From positions 64,914,001-64,978,000 of the forward strand of contig JAGIQG010000015.1 of the NCBI GenBank assembly GCA_024679065.1: DNA of 64,000 nucleotides, given 5' to 3'. The translations under genes and the position numbers were made by a program. Shown here piece after piece: positions 63,843-64,000 of the stretch (within the stretch, counting starts at the first letter, position 1; each line of letters starts with the position of its first letter). Under the pieces are notes generated by a model. It searched no databases and had not been told where the DNA came from. It was given only the letters and a program-made list of their open reading frames with translations. The DNA comes from Sphyrna mokarran (lineage: Eukaryota).

Positions 63843-64000
63843 GGTGTCATTGGCGAGGGAAGCACTTCTTGCTCATTCCTAATTATTTTTGAGAACGTAA
63901 TAGTGAGCTGCATTCTTGAACTCTGAAATCCATGTGGTGCAAGTACACGCATAATGCTGTAAGGGAGAGAGTGTCTAGGATTTTGATCCAGCAATAGGGA

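Overview
Eukaryotic genomic DNA. The SINE/LINE complement (HE1/V-SINE-like, DeuSINE-like, CR1, L2, Penelope-like) points to a cartilaginous fish, most likely a shark; this is inferred from remembered repeat families, not from a search. The window holds the 5' part of MGA (MAX gene-associated T-box/bHLH-Zip factor, PRC1.6 subunit) on the minus strand: a CpG-island promoter with an NRF1-motif cluster (~47.7-48.6 kb), a putative non-coding exon 1, and 14 coding exons (42531 down to 3005). All have GT-AG boundaries and their phases chain into one open frame of 5446 nt (~1815 aa). These include the single-exon T-box and the Cys-rich MGA domain; the bHLH-Zip exons lie beyond the left edge. The region beyond ~49 kb shows no recognisable host gene and is full of transposon fossils (CR1, Rex1/Babar, Harbinger, Tx1 nested in a Gypsy LTR). 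Most notable observations: a U2 snRNA-headed SINE-like element in intron 1, three uORFs plus a microsatellite just upstream of the MGA ATG, inverted SINEs flanking the T-box exon (circRNA candidate), a cluster of three PRC1.6 motifs in MGA's own first exon, and several TSD-flanked fold-back elements. Repeat boundaries are approximate; exon boundaries were read base by base.
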